Shown here in pieces: positions 50,262 through 62,800 of a DNA stretch of 64,000 nucleotides; the first letter of the stretch is position 1, and every line of letters begins with the position of its first letter. Below the pieces are notes generated by a model. That model worked only from the letters and a program-made list of their open reading frames with translations, was not told the DNA's origin and did no database searches. Source of the stretch: Octopus sinensis. Taxonomy: Eukaryota. The position numbers and the translations under genes are program-made. The DNA lies in assembly GCF_006345805.1 (NCBI RefSeq), contig NC_043000.1:126418001-126482000 (forward strand), given 5' to 3'.

Positions 50262-51369
50262 GTAAATATATAAAATCCAATATATTTAACTCATTCTTCC
50301 AACATACACATGCATGTAACACAATTTAGAAATTTCTGTCTGCAGAAGCCATTGCAGCATTTATTTGCTAATATCAGCTTCCAACGACCCTGACAATATT
50401 GAAGTAATTACTGTTTTGTAGATGCTACTATCGCTGGGAACAAAATGCTTAGAGGGGGCATTTCGTTCGTATTTACGTTCAAATTCTGCCGAAGTCGACT
50501 TTGCCTTTCATCCTTTCGGGGTCGATAAATTAACTACCAATTACGCACTGGGGTCGATGTAATCGGCCTAATCCCTTAGCCCCTTGTGGGCAATAAAGAA
50601 ATAAGATCGACTTTGCCATTCATCCTTTCGGAGATCGATAAATAAGTACCAGCTTAGCACTAGGGAAAAGGTAACCAGTTCCCCCACCCACCTCACCCAA
50701 AAATGCTGGCCTTTTGCCAAAATTTTAAACCATTATTCTCCGTCGAAGCAATGCGGATTGAAGGCAACTTGCAGACTATACATGGTATTTTCTTCGAGGC
50801 AGCTTCAAGAAAATCTTGTTACAAAAATCGACATTTTTGTTTACCATGCGATAATATCCAATATCAAGAGTCCAGTTTAACAGGCAAGACCACAAATTAA
50901 TTACAAGCATGACGAATTTGCTTTGTTTATGTTCACCACAAATATAAAACAGAGCATTACATATTTCAATAAAGAATCTTACAACATAATCACGAGGGCA
51001 TTAATTGAAGGATTAACAAGAGTTTTCTTTAGGCTGAGAGTAAAATTCAACTATAGATTACATTTAACTTTGTAGAAATACCACATAAAAGTCAACAATG
51101 TACTCATTACATATCTGGTACATGGCACAAACATCACACAGCCATACATGCATGTATACACCTAGTTTGTATGCACTAAACAAGCTTCTTCATAAATGGG
51201 AAAATAATCCATCTTTAACTCTTTGCCTGTAGATACTCAGGACATATTACCCTGATGTCCATGCGTCATATATGATATATATCCCCAACTTAAAACTTAT
51301 GAAATGAAGGATTTATATCATTCAGAATGTGTGAAATATTCTGAGAAAAGCAAACAGGGGGCCAACTAA

Positions 51370-52130
51370 AAGTTTGAAAACAAGCATGGACATTTACGAC
51401 AAACTTATGAAAATGCTTTGGATGAGCTGCACTGGCTTGACTGACACCATGACATTTTTCTGCTCAGCCTCTGAGCCTCACTGCAGAGCTTGGCTCAATG
51501 TGATGCCATCATTCACAACTGTCACTCAACTTGTCTGCATATTGATGTTTCCCTGAAGCTTGGCCTCCAGATCTGTGAGACTTGTGAATGCTACTGTGGA
51601 TTCTTTTGGCTTCCACCCACTGTCATGCCATCATAATGCTGGCTGCTTTCCACACCATGCAGCCCTTAACAAAGCATGGCCTAGATATTGCAGGTTTCCC
51701 TTCTCAGCTCAAGGCAGTGGGGCTAGACCAAAGGGATGGTAAAAAGCCTGACAGTATGACAATTTTCATGTTCTGTGGCAGTAGGCCCCTCTTCTGGGAT
51801 GCCACATGCTGTGGCAACTTAGTATGTTCAGCTACCAGCTCAAGCTTCACCGTTCATCAAGCTGAGAAAAGCAAATTGTCATGGTATCAGTTACTTTCTG
51901 ACACGTTCATGGTTAAGCCTGTAGCAGTGGAGACCTCCGGCTTTCTCGGACCATATCTCTGTTCACTACTATTGCGATGTAGATTGCTGTCCACATGTAG
52001 GCCCTGCAAGTCAGAGTGGCCATTCCAGTGCATCTCCCTCTCCATCCCCCTGGAGCAACGCCTTTTCCATTTTGTCTGCTCTTTAATATAGCAACAACAC
52101 TGGCAGCAACAATAACAATTAAATTCAAAC
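51370..52130 (+). mobile_element. CRE-clade non-LTR retrotransposon 3' fragment, decayed
   Basis: Motifs HPLSC..NAG.FPHHAALN, AGFPSQL.AVGLDQRDGKKPDSMT, LFWDATC, PVAVETSG across frameshifted ORFs; characteristic of CRE RLE domains. Confidence 0.78.
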
Positions 52131-52371
52131 CAAAGAGAGACCCTCTGCATGGTCATTTATATATCAAAATGGTATTCTACTTAATTTTAGCCCTGCTACA
52201 ATGGGCAATGGGATCTGCTACTTTAAACTTGGTCACTCTACATGGTAACTCCAAGTATGACTTGGTAGTATATACTTTGCTTTAGCTAATTATTTTAGGT
52301 ACCTACATAGTCACAAGCAGACAGAGATACCATCTCAGTTTTCCCATTTGTAAACCAGAGATTTTCTCCCT

Positions 52372-52429
<58 letters not shown>

Positions 52430-52709
52430 TCTCTCTCTCTATCTATCTCTAAAATATATAAATAGATGTGCTTTTAAGTTGGTTCCTTGTATATGTAACC
52501 TATTTGTCCTATACTGTTTTCTTTTTAATGTTATGAAATTAGATCATTAACCTATTTTTTTCTATACCACAGATATAATTAACAGAGCATGTTTGATCTA
52601 CTGTATTCGTGATACTTCCCTCTGTGCATGTATGTATACATACATGTGTAAATGCATATGTATGCATATGTGAGTTCTTGCAGTTTGTTTGGGACACTCA
52701 AATTTCCAA

Positions 52710-53047
52710 ATCCATTATCAACATTTTTAAACCTTTCAGAATCTCATCTGGATAGAGTAATGTTGGTGTAGGTTACTATGCCCTAACAGAATGCAGGACC
52801 AAAATAACTAGTGAAAACATCAGAAAAATTTGTGATTTTATCTTAGATTTATATGCCAACAGTCAAATGTTTCGTTTTATCCATTATCAACATTTTAAAA
52901 CCTTTCAGAATCTCATCTGGATAGAGTAATGTTGGTGTAGGTTACTATGCCCTAACAGAATGCAGGACCAAAATAACTAGTGAAAACATCAGAAAAATTT
53001 GTGATTTTGTCTTAGATTTATATGCCAACAGTCAAATGTTTCGTTTT
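52710..53047. repeat. 169-bp direct tandem duplication
   Basis: 52710-52878 and 52879-53047 differ at only about two positions. Confidence 0.9.
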
Positions 53048-53392
53048 GTTTGTGACTTGTGAATGTTATCTGTGTGTTAATCATTTATTTTTATGGGGAA
53101 ATCTGTATAGAGTAGAGGTATTGTTTGCTAATATTTTCCTATGTAGTCTTGTTCTGTGTTTGGTGATGTAGCACACTACAATTTTTCATTTTGGAACTTT
53201 TGCGTTTCAAACAAGTTGTAAGAAATTCATGCCAAAACATGAAAATAAATCCTAACAAAAGCATAATTCTAGAATACAATCAGAAACATTTGCATTTGAG
53301 AGACTTTCAAACTCTTAATTACTTCTCATGTATCCCATGAAGAATATTACAGTGGATATCTTGACAATATCCCTTATTTTATATTTTATCAG

Positions 53393-53536
53393 GTCAGAGA
53401 AGTGGGGAAGAAAACTAAAATGAGGAGGACTGAAAGCTTGAAGATTCTGCCACCAAAGACGGGATTTAGTAGTGCAACACATCTTGCCAGGAAGTCAGAA
53501 GAAAAACCAAATGTGGTGCACATAGAAATTGAGCCA
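53393..53536 (+). CDS. Exon (VREVGKKTKMRRTESLKILPPKTGFSS...VVHIEIEP), phase 0-0, probably the same gene
   Basis: Acceptor ttattttatattttatcag, donor CCA|gtaagt, 144 nt open. Confidence 0.8.
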
Positions 53537-53583
53537 GTAAGTATAGTTCATACCAGTTCTTGAATAACTTGAGTGAATATGTA

Positions 53584-53800
53584 TATGAGGGATGCTGTAA
53601 AGTTCCTAGCTTTAAAGGTATTGCAAAAAGCCTGATTGGAAGCACAACCATCTAAGTTCTTTTGCGGGGCTTAGAAAAATTGAAAGACTGCTGCAATAAG
53701 TGTGTGAACCTGAGAGGGGAATATCTTGTATAAATCATAATTAAGTAATTCTCCTGTCTTTTCTTATACCCAAAGCCAGGACCTTTTCAGCACTCTTCAT
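53584..53800 (+). mobile_element. Internally deleted mariner derivative (MITE)
   Basis: Imperfect TIRs ATGAGGGATGCTGTAAAGTTCCTAGCTTT / reverse complement ATGAAGAGTGCTGAAAAGGTCCTGGCTTT; retains the transposase end GLEKLKDCCNKCVNLRGEYL. Confidence 0.6.
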
Positions 53801-53923
53801 TTGTGTGTATGCATGCTTGCATCCATCCATCCTTCCTTCCTTCCTTCCTTCCTCCCTCCCTCCCTCCCTCCTTCCCTCCTTCCTTCCTTCCTTCCTTCCT
53901 TTCTTTCTTTCTTTCTTTTTTCT

Positions 53924-53963
<40 letters not shown>

Positions 53964-55269
53964 TGGCCATGCTGGCATGGTTTGAACAGTTTGACCAGAA
54001 CTGGCAAGCTGCACCAGACTCCACTCTGAATTGGCATGGTTTCTACAGCTGGATGCCCTTCCTAACATCACTTTGCAGAGTGTGCCTGGTGTTTTTACAT
54101 GGTACCACATGGGCGCTTTTATGTGGCACCACCATGAGTGCTTTACATCACCAGCAAGATCAATACACACACACACATGTATTCAAGTACAGTCTAAACT
54201 AGGAGATTTAGTTCATCTTTTTATTATAACTTCATAAATTATAATGCAAAGTGAAACTGAATCTCCTCTTTTATTCTGCTCTTAGATATACACTCCATAA
54301 ATTATTCAAATGTTCAAATGTTTATAATACTGAAAGAAAACTGGAGGACACATTATGTCTGATACTTGATTGGAGTTTGGACATGCATGGATTTACATGG
54401 AATTCTGAATACTGGTTAACCATTTAACCATTATGCTATCTCATTTGAAGTAGCAATTTTTCGTTTTTTTCTTCTTTTTTTTTTTTGGTATGTTTGTTCC
54501 TAAACAACACAACCATAATATCTATGGAGCAGCTGATGATGGACGTTTGTTGGATTGTTGGTATGGCTGTTTTTGTATGTGTGGAATAGTGTTATAACAC
54601 ATCCTTTTGATATATATATATATATATATATATATTGTGTGTGGCTTAGTGGTTAGGGTGTCAGCATCATGATCGTAAGATTGTGATTTCAATTCCCGAA
54701 CAGGGCGACGCGTTGTGTTCGTGAGCAAAATACTTAATTTCATGTTACTCCAGTCTACTCAGCTGGCAAAAATGAGTAACGCTGTGATGGACTGGCGTCT
54801 CGTCCAGCTGGGGAACACATATACCATTGAAACCGAGAAACTGGGCCCATGAGCCTGGCTAGGCTTTAAAAGGGTGCATTTATTAATTTGACCCTTCTGT
54901 CTGGCAGTCACCATGATAGATCGGTAGCCACTACATACATTTTTTTCTCTCCTTGTTTCTTTCCATATTCCTTTCATGGAAGAGCGTAGGCTTGAAATGT
55001 AAAAGACTTTCAATTCCTGAGCATTATACTAATACATCTGTTTGTTTTCTACACCACCCGTCTTCGTCTTTTGTTTTTTTTTCGTGAATTCTCCCTATAT
55101 ATATATACACTTTCCATGCTGGCATTTGTTCATAACATGAGTCTTTATTTGAAGTTAATGGCCTTCTAGAGTGAGTCAGGGACCATGTTTCACTGGTGCA
55201 TCTCATTCTGGTATGAATTCTTCTGCTGGATCCTCTTCCTAATGCCATCAACTTAACACATTTTACTAT

Positions 55270-55930
55270 GTATATTTTATTGGGATACTGGTAGTACTAG
55301 TGAGGTTGACTTGGGTCCTGCAAGACGAAGAATCCTCACTTCTCAATGTTGTCAGTGTTAATTCCTGGTAACATGACAACAAGAGAGGATGATGACAGGG
55401 AAACTGGAATGAGAGGGTATGGTGTGACAAAAGTGTAATAAAATAGGGAGTAATCAAAGAGAGTCAGTGTTGGCTGCTGCATGTTGTTTGAATAGAAACA
55501 CAGGATGGGTGTTGTGACAGTGAAAGAAAATGTGAAAAGAAAACAGATAATTTAATAAGAGGGGAAGTAAAGTGATGGAGGGAGAAAGTTTAATGTATGT
55601 CAACAAGGAAGTAGTGAGGACATAGTACAAGAGAAAGAGGGTAATAAAGATGATTGGGGGAGAGGGTTGTGGAGTTGGGTGTGTGTAAAAGAGGGCAAGA
55701 CACCTAGTGGTGAGAGAGTAATGGCTAGCTGTACAGAAGATTTTTTGCTGGTGGTATTGAATACAGATATATCTGAAATGTCATTCCTTATTTCACAGGC
55801 AGTATGGTACAGTGGATGAGTGGTAGCTGAGAAGAGAAAAAGAGAGGGAGGACAATAAATGGGAATGTAATGAGAGAGAGATCCAACTGTTGGTAATATT
55901 GCATACACACACACACACGCGCAGCTTGTC
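55270..55930 (-). mobile_element. Possible Penelope-like element remnant (GIY-YIG C-terminal region)
   Basis: Strong purine/pyrimidine skew; decayed frame ...SFPVIILSCCHVTRN*H*QH*EVRILRLAG resembles PLE ORF ends; a hammerhead-like relic lies nearby at ~54975. Confidence 0.35.
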
Positions 55931-56918
55931 AATTCTTTGGGGTTTTTTTTTATGGAGTTTTGGTTACTGGACTGTGATCATGCCAGGAGTGTACCTTTCA
56001 ACATTTTAGAAGTACTAAGCCCGGTTCACATTTTATCAATCTCTTTGAAATGATTGAATTACTCTTGTTTCTCTCTAGATATTTATACCTGTATACACAA
56101 ACACAATCAGTTGGTGTAAAAAATAATTATTTTAGTATTTATTGATACCACTCAGGATTGAAACCTAGAACCGAGTGGTTGCAAAGCAAATTTCTTATCT
56201 ACCCAGTCACAACTGTGCCATTTAGTAATAAAAGTATTTTGATGGGAAAATATTTTTTTTTTAAATCTTCCATGTAAATTTTAGTCTTTTAGAAAAAAAA
56301 ATTTGTTTTCATTTCTCTTTTTAATCACTAGGGAAAAACTTTGACATTATCATAGAAAGATCTATAATGACTTAAGAATATTTCACTAAATGTTTAAAGA
56401 GTTTATGTTAATAGAAAGATGGTTGAGAAACTGTCGTTAAGAGTGTGGCAATTAAAAGGCTCTGGAGAAAATATTTAGTGGTGTGTGATAAAAAGTGTTT
56501 AATGGAGGTGAAGCTATGCAGAAAATATTTTAAATATTTTATTATCATAAATATAGCAAAATGATCTCAGTGCACAATGTGATATCATTATTATACCTAT
56601 TACTATACCTAGTGTGCTATCTAAGCGTTATGCAGCTGTTTGTTTCTCCCATCTAATATAGTTTCAATGAGAGACTGATTTGAGGTGGGATTTGAATGGC
56701 CTAATGCCCTTCCTGCTACCAATGGTTACTTTGCTCTTTTCTTTCATGTGTAGGCACAGGCATGGTTGTGTGGTTAAGAAGCTTCCTTTGCAACTGCATG
56801 GTTTTGGGTTCAGTCCCACTGTGCATCACCTTAAGCAAATCTTTGTTACGATAGCCCCAGGCTAACCAATACCTTGTGAGTGAAATTTGGTTGATGGAAA
56901 ACTGTGAGGAAGCCTACT

Positions 56919-56959
<41 letters not shown>

Positions 56960-56961
<2 letters not shown>

Positions 56962-57829
56962 GTGCAGTGAATAAACTGTTTGTCTAAATTACAGAAAAAT
57001 GAAAATGACACTGACATCTCATTTTGATATATATTTACCAAAATTACATTAAAATATCTTGAAATACTAAAGAGTAAATTTATTCAATAAATCGTCATTG
57101 GCTTCAACCATGGCCTCCAGACAACTTCAGAATCTCCTGCAACTCTTTTGGACAGTCTCCTTGTTTAAGTTGATGAATGCTGCCATAATCCTTGCCTTCA
57201 GTTCATCTTTGGTGTTACAAAGAGTTTTGTTGGTCTCTCACTCAACTGTGCCCCACACATAGTAATTAAGGGAGTTGCAGTCTGGCAAGTTAAGTGGCCA
57301 GATATTAGGGGTGATGTGGTTGCAGAAACTGTCTGACAGCCATGACTGGGTTCTCCTGCTTGTGTGGCATGATGCAGAGTCCTGTTACCAGACATAGGGT
57401 ATTCCGGCAACCACCCTCTTGACCCAGGGCAGCACTACCGCTTCCAGGTACTTGATATAGGCCTCTATGTTGACTCTGAAGCTGTATGGGAAGATGAATG
57501 GAGGAATAACGTCGCCATCACTAGTGATAACTCCAAACATCATGATGTTCACTAGGCGTTTGATTTTTATCACTCTCGGTACATGTCCTCAGATTGACAC
57601 TCATACACTCTGAAATGTGCATATTGGAGCTTCCAGTGTGGATGCCAAGCCGTACAGCATGTCATTTCCAAATTTCTGGCAGAGTGAATTGCATCAAGCT
57701 GTTGTTTTTCTCACAGATGGTGCCCAACTGACCCTCCTATACTGTGTAGTTGACAAAATCAAAAACAAGCAATGCACATGCACGAAATTAAAAATATAAA
57801 ATGGCAACTATTTACCCATTGCACCCTAT
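56960..57829 (-). mobile_element. IS630-Tc1-mariner (maT/DD37D-like) transposon, internally deleted
   Basis: ORF fragments MMFGVITSDGDVIPPFIF...VLPWVKRVVAGIPYVW and downstream QDSA / W..N.PDCN-like motifs; imperfect TIRs (GTGCAgTGaATAAAcTG vs GTGCAaTGggTAAAtAG). Confidence 0.75.
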
Positions 57830-60665
57830 ATGTGTATATATGTACGTGTGTATGTATGTATGTGTATATGTATACACTGGGATAACGAAGTATCTCCTCT
57901 CGTAAGACACCCATCTCTATCCCTCTATTATGCTTTAACCACACAACTGGCACAAAGCCACCCTGCTTACCAGTATCAATCCCTCTTCCAACTGAGAGGC
58001 CTATGTCTTGCAAGTTATTTGGTGATGAGCTAGCACTAGTACCATATTTAAAGCACCCAGTACACTTTGTAAAGTGGTTGGCATTAGGAAGGGCATCCAG
58101 CTGTGGAAACCATGCTAAAGTAGGCGACAAAGCCTGATGCAGTTCTCTGGCTTGCCAGCTTCTGTCAAAACCATCCAACCCATACCAGCATGGAGGATGG
58201 ACATTAAATGATGATAATAATGTATATCTATGTGCCTTTGTGTTGTGTTTGTCCCCCAACTACCATTTGACAGGCAGTGCTGGGTTTTTTTTATATGTCC
58301 CCATAATTTAGCAGTTCAGCAAAAGAGATTAAATGGAATAAGTGTCTCACTTTGAAAAGTACTGTGGTCGATTTGTTCAACTAAACTCTTCAAAGGGTTG
58401 TCCCATATGGCTGCAGTCCAATGACTGAAACAAGTAAAAGGTAAAAGATAAAGTATGGTGTCAAGGTGTTGCATCTGGCTGTTAAAATGCTGCCTCAAAT
58501 AAGTCTTGTTTTTTAAGTGGGGGAAATTTTTTTTCTATTTGTCTTCAGAGTGCAGAATGACCAGCTGTAATGTCAAAAACGAATGTAAACATCATACCAC
58601 GTTTGCTCAGATAGTGACAAACAAAGTTATAGAATGTTGATGTTTGCACATATAAATAATAGGCTTCCATACAGTTTCTGACAACCAGTTTTCATTTGGT
58701 TGAAAGGATACTTACCCAGAGTGTCATGCAATAGGACAGAACACTTGAAACCATGTGGTTGCAATGAGCTCTCTGTATTATCTATACAGCCATGCGTGGA
58801 CACACACACACACACATTTATTCACTCAGTGCACAAAGAAATCTGCACATAAGAAATTGAATGCATTTGTTTTAAACAGGTAAATGGTTCGTTGGTTTTA
58901 AAATAACGATCTCTAACATTTGTACAAAGCCTTAAATTTAATCAACTGATTAATATTTATTTTATAAAGGCAATGTTCCATCCTTGACAGAATTTGAACT
59001 CGGAACATAATACTGCATGACTATCCATTTTGATCTTTTTTTTTTGTTTCTTAATGGAACCCATGGCAATATGGAACATACATGTTAAAAGATAATGAGT
59101 CAGAGAAGAAATAACCACACTGATCTTTCTCAGGGTCTAATACAACTTATGGGAGGAAGAGAAGGAATTAGCCTTAGACCAGAGACCAGACTCAAATACT
59201 TGCAACAGTTTACTTATTTCATCCTTTTACTACTTATAGAACATAGGCCATTGACAACTTTTCTCCACTGTTCTCAGTCCCTGCTCTTTCTTGCTGCACC
59301 ACATCTTATATTTTCTTGAAGGAAGGCCTTCTTCTCTTATGTCTTGTTGGTTTTGAATTGTTAGCAATACATCTGTAATTTTGTTTTGTTTTGGATTTTT
59401 TTCCCCTAGATATGGATGTTGACCCTATACACAGCATTTTTTACCTCTAGGAAGAGATAGTCCACATTAAGTGTGACCTTTATTTCTTTGGCCAGCATGG
59501 GAGGCTCTGTCAGGAGCTTGCACTCCGCTAGCATAGCTCTCGGGGTCATTGGATCACACAAATCACCTCATTAGAACAAGGACTGGATTTTTTGGTGGTT
59601 GTAACAGAGTAGGCTTTGCTAAAGGCATCCAAGGGTCAAGTATTGTTCAACCAAGCAACAAAATCTGGCAGTTTCTGCCAGGCATTTCTCTTCACAGGCA
59701 TTAAAATATTAAGGTTCTTTATACAATGTAATGGTGCCTATTTTAAAAATACCAATATAATTGTTGTTTTGCTCTTCATCAGCCACAATTGATTCGACCT
59801 ATGACTTTTGCTGTGGCTATCTAATATTTTAGGGATGTATAGGACTATAGTATCTGATGTGTCCTTTCCTTTTTTAAAATGCTAAGGTATAATTTTTAGC
59901 AGCTCAAGCAGCTACATAGAGGCTTCCTTGTTGGCTTGATACTAAAATAGTTTGAGTAGCTATAAAATACACAAGGTTATCTCAATATTTGCAGCTTTAC
60001 ATGCAATCAAAAGGTTACTGATAACTTTTTTTTCTATCAGTAGGTTATATTTGCATATGCAGAGCATTAATAATTAAAGAGAACATCGTTAGCGAGCATG
60101 AAAGATAAATACTGGAAACTAAAATCATTGTGCACAGGATTAGTGAATGTGAGGATATTTTGTTGAAGTCTGGAAATGAATCAATATTTTCTACACAGAA
60201 AGTGCAAATAGTATTCACCCAGCACCTGTTGTGTAAAGCAAAAATTATTTTGAACGCTACTGCCAGTGTTATTTAGCTCCATGTCAGCTTTTATTGAACA
60301 GAGCTATGATCAAAGGCTGTTCTAGCTGTGACATCATGTCTTTTTTGGTGACTTTGTATCTAGAACTGCATTGTACCATGTATCTTTCTTTTTATTTTTT
60401 TAATGGTAGTGGTTATTTAAGGGATATTTGGTCGCTATTTTGAGTTGGTCAAGCAACTGGATGGAGGCTTGCTCCTCTCCTACTCTCTTTTCATGGAGTG
60501 TATCTTGGACAACATTATCCAATGTATCTTGCCCTTCTCTAAAATGATAAGAATGGTTTGAGGATGGTTTAACTGCTATTTCTAGAAATTCAAGCTATTG
60601 TTTTAGAATCTTCCTTATTGGTTTTAAGCATTCTTAATTATTAAACTAAGCTCATTTTAAATGTA

Positions 60666-61915
60666 TTGAGTCGTTCCATAAATAATGCAGTTTTTTCAAT
60701 TGCATGAACTAAAAGTCTGAGGGGCATGGGATAAACAACCTGCATCAACTTACTATAAAGGCAGGTAGTAATTTTACCTTGTCCTTATTCTAAGTGCAAG
60801 TTTTGAAGAGTGCATTTCGATTTTAACAGTTATTTCTTCAAAGCTATTATGGAAGTGACAAAGGAGCATATTTGGCTTTATGAGTTCAGTAAAGGCAACA
60901 ATGCAATGGAAAGTGCGAGGATATTAATGCAATATATGGGGATCGGACAATAAGCATAAGCCAGTGTCAATGCTGGTTCCAGAAATTCCAAACCAAGAAG
61001 ATGAGCCTTGTCCTGGAAGATCTGTAGATCTCAATGAGGACATCCTGCAAACCCTGGTGGAACAAAATTCCGTCATAACTGTTTAGGAACTAGCAGAGAA
61101 ACTTGGATTTGGTCATTCAACCATTCATCGACACCTGTGTGCCATTGGAAAAGTCAGCAAATTCAGTCAATGGGTTCTTAACAAACTTTCTGAGTCTAAT
61201 CACATGCAGAGAGTGAATGAGTGCTCTTCTTTGCTATCACGTCTCACCAATGAACCTTTTTTGAACCAAATAGTGACTGGTGATAAGAAATGGGTTCTCT
61301 ATAAAAATGTCAAGCACCAGAGAGAGTAGGTGGGGAAAGGAGAAACAGCGGCACCCCAGGCTAAAGAAGATCTTCATCCATGTAAGGTGTTGTTACTGTT
61401 TGGTGGGATATGAAAGGTTTAGTCTACTTTGAACTTTTAAACTCAAACCAAATGATAACAAAGGAGATTTACTGTGAGCAGCTTGAGTGGCTTAAGTCAG
61501 CACTAGAAAAAAAATGACCATCTAAAAAGGTGTTCTTCCATCAGGACAATGCTCGGTCACATACAGTGAGGAGGACATTCCAAAGGCTGGAGCAGTTTGA
61601 ATAGGAAGTGATGCTCCTCCCACCATACTCACTGGACATTACCTCATCTGATTATCATTTATTCTACAGTATTCAAAATTATTTGGATGGAAGAAATATG
61701 AATTCTGTAGACAAGGACAGAACAGTACCGAAGGAGTATTTTTCATTGCAGACAAGTGAATTTTGGAAGAGGAGCCCTGCAAATCTACCAGATAGATAGA
61801 AGAGCATTGTATAAAAATGGAGGAGAGTATATTTTTAGATTAAAAAAGAACTTTATCTTAATTTTGAAAAATAAAAGAAGTATAAAAAAACTGCATTATT
61901 TATGGGATGACCCAG
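60666..61915 (+). mobile_element. Mariner (DD34D) transposon, decayed; same family as 8141-9415
   Basis: TIRs and TA flanks, IVTGDKKW, HQDNA, PYSLDITSSDYHLF; clearly homologous to the 8.1-9.4 kb copy; multiple stops. Confidence 0.9.
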
Positions 61916-62027
61916 TACAGGATGTTCAGGCTAAATTTGAGAGTTCACATAAAAGGAAAAGTTAACACAATATCTCACCCAAATTAAAAGTATTTTAAAA
62001 AAATAAAAACAAAATACCAACTCCATA

Positions 62028-62300
62028 GGCGTAGGAGTGGCTGTGTGGTAAGTAGCTTGCTTACCAACCACATGGTTCCGGTTTCAGTCCCACTGCGTGG
62101 CACCTTGGGCAAGTGTCTTCTACTATAACCTCGGGCCGACCAAAGCCTTGTGAGTCGATTTGGTAGACGGAAACTGAAAGAAGCCCGTCGTATATATGTA
62201 TATGTGTGTCTGTGTTAGTCGCCCCCCACTCCCTCCAACATCACTTGACAACCAGTGCTGGTGTGTTTACATCCCCAAGAGAGACTGATAGAATAAGCAC
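62028..62300 (+). mobile_element. tRNA-derived SINE, family A (3'-shortened)
   Basis: Intact head. Partial or diverged copies also at ~15605-15836, 19600-19720, 24320-24480, 26470-26630, 56750-56920, 58230-58450, 63405-63500. Confidence 0.8.
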
Positions 62301-62464
62301 AAAATATCTGTTTTTATGAAACTAACATAGTAAAATTGATAGAAAATCTCTTTTTAAAATTCCTTGTTAACTTGGAGACCGAAGTGTCTTTTCAGATATC
62401 AAAAATATTATTTATCAGTCACTGCAAATTAAACGGTTTGTTATGTTTACATCTTTTATCTTTT

Positions 62465-62800
62465 ACTCTCCTTATGAGAGCTCAAAATCTCTCGTAGAAG
62501 TGTCATCCAACCAAAATGCAAATATATGGGAAACTACCACCTGTGTCATCTCTTGTGAAAGGTAGGAGAGTCTAGTTTGCTGGACATTGTTGTAGAGCTG
62601 AAAACGAGGCAATTTCTACTCTTCTCCTCTGGAAGCCATCTACTCGCAATACCAGAGGGCGCACACTCTCCTACCCTGATGTAATCTCCAGGGATACAGG
62701 CATCCAGCAACAGGACCTCCGTAATGCTATGATGGACTGTGAAGTCTGGCGTAGCATGGTAAATTGCATTGTCTTGACCACGGTCGAACAATGATGATGA
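62465..62800 (+). mobile_element. RTE-clade LINE 3' end
   Basis: + frame LLMRAQNLS*KCHPT..IYGKLPPVSSLVKGRRV*FAGHCCRAENEAISTLLLWKPS...GRTLSYPDVISRDTG...MMDCEVWRSMV, then a (TGA)n tail. Confidence 0.82.

Larger units (their letters stand above)
855..53536 (+). other. Span of a multi-exon WD40-repeat protein gene (WDR87/WDR97-like), partial at the 5' end and probably at the 3' end
   Basis: 14 exons with AG acceptors, 13 GT donors and 1 GC donor join in matching phases to 512 codons with no stop. WD40 motifs: GH(KQAVIALD)...FCSGSCDGNIKIWD, LLTGHDDG, SVCFLNNKADLLIAF. The family assignment is from remembered motif similarity, not a search. Confidence 0.85.

Noticed and set aside
58549-58560. Strong acceptor followed by SAE-stop as terminal exon of the WD40 gene
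   Set aside because: The phase fits, but there is no canonical polyA signal nearby and nothing independent supports it.
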